Assembly (NCBI GenBank): GCA_963824495.1 | Contig: CAWGPQ010000020.1 | Span: 1 to 26,765, forward strand | From: an uncultured bacterium | GTDB lineage: Bacteria > Babelota > Babeliae > Babelales > Babelaceae | Length of the DNA stretch: 26,765 nucleotides | Direction: 5' to 3' | In this document: positions 26,538-26,765 of the stretch, in pieces | How the letters are laid out: the number at the start of each line of letters is the position of its first letter | Numbering within the stretch: the stretch's first letter is position 1 | Program-made: the position numbers and the translations under genes | Notes under the pieces: generated by a model | Told to the model about the DNA's origin: nothing | Database searches by the model: none | Seen by the model: the letters and a program-made list of their open reading frames with translations, nothing else

Positions 26538-26765
26538 CGTGTCATCGTATCTTTGATCGTCGATTTTGTTTTTGTCGATTGATCGATTTCTTCCGTATAG
26601 TACGACAGCTGAAAATAAAGAACTAAACGAGAGAGATCGGGCATATCTTGTCCAGCGTTGTAATATAATCCTTTTCTTTCGGAAATTTGTTCGTATCAAA
26701 TTTGAGCGAATAGAGCAGAGTCCCCTGTTTCGAATACCAAAATACGAGATACTGCTGGGGCACCA
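26533..26765 (-). other. Internal fragment of an unrelated hypothetical gene with one frameshift
   Basis: Minus strand reads VPQQYLVFWYSKQGTLLYSLKFDTNKFPKEKDYITTLDKI then, after a shift, PDLSRLVLYFQLSYYTEEIDQSTKTKSTIKDTMTRI; codon style differs from the neighbouring fragment. Confidence 0.45.

Noticed and set aside
1..26765. CRISPR array or cas genes
   Set aside because: No regularly spaced direct repeats and no Cas-like ORF seen; the terminal fragments lack repeat separators

Overview
The window appears to be a composite of at least five unrelated pieces rather than one native locus. (1) 1-~5178 looks deltaproteobacterial (Syntrophales/Desulfobacterota-like by inference): a frameshifted ATP-grasp acyl-CoA synthetase fragment, a small membrane protein with a sigma54-like promoter and terminator, frameshifted hldD, an intergenic inverted-repeat element, kdsB, a membrane sensor-like protein and a 3'-truncated pldA. 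(2) ~5174-~25945 resembles an intracellular, ankyrin-rich bacterium (Dependentiae/TM6-like by inference): truncated holB, two ankyrin paralogs with an F-box-like tail inserted between holB and tmk, an acyl-CoA ligase, a GT4 glycosyltransferase, a frameshifted kinase-like secreted protein, LOG, rsmA, a GNAT, mreB, tRNA-Ser(CGA), hicB with a deleted hicA, many signal-peptide ORFans, a J-domain/ankyrin fusion, two toxin-less antitoxin-like genes and a glucose-6-phosphate dehydrogenase with a signal peptide. (3-5) The last ~820 bp are three short gene fragments: beta-propeller repeats, a phage portal-like piece and an unrelated minus-strand piece. The best biological leads are the candidate exported host-manipulation proteins (secreted G6PD, J-domain-ankyrin, ankyrin-F-box-like) and the repeated toxin loss from toxin-antitoxin loci. 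Taxonomic assignments are pattern-based and were not checked by any search.
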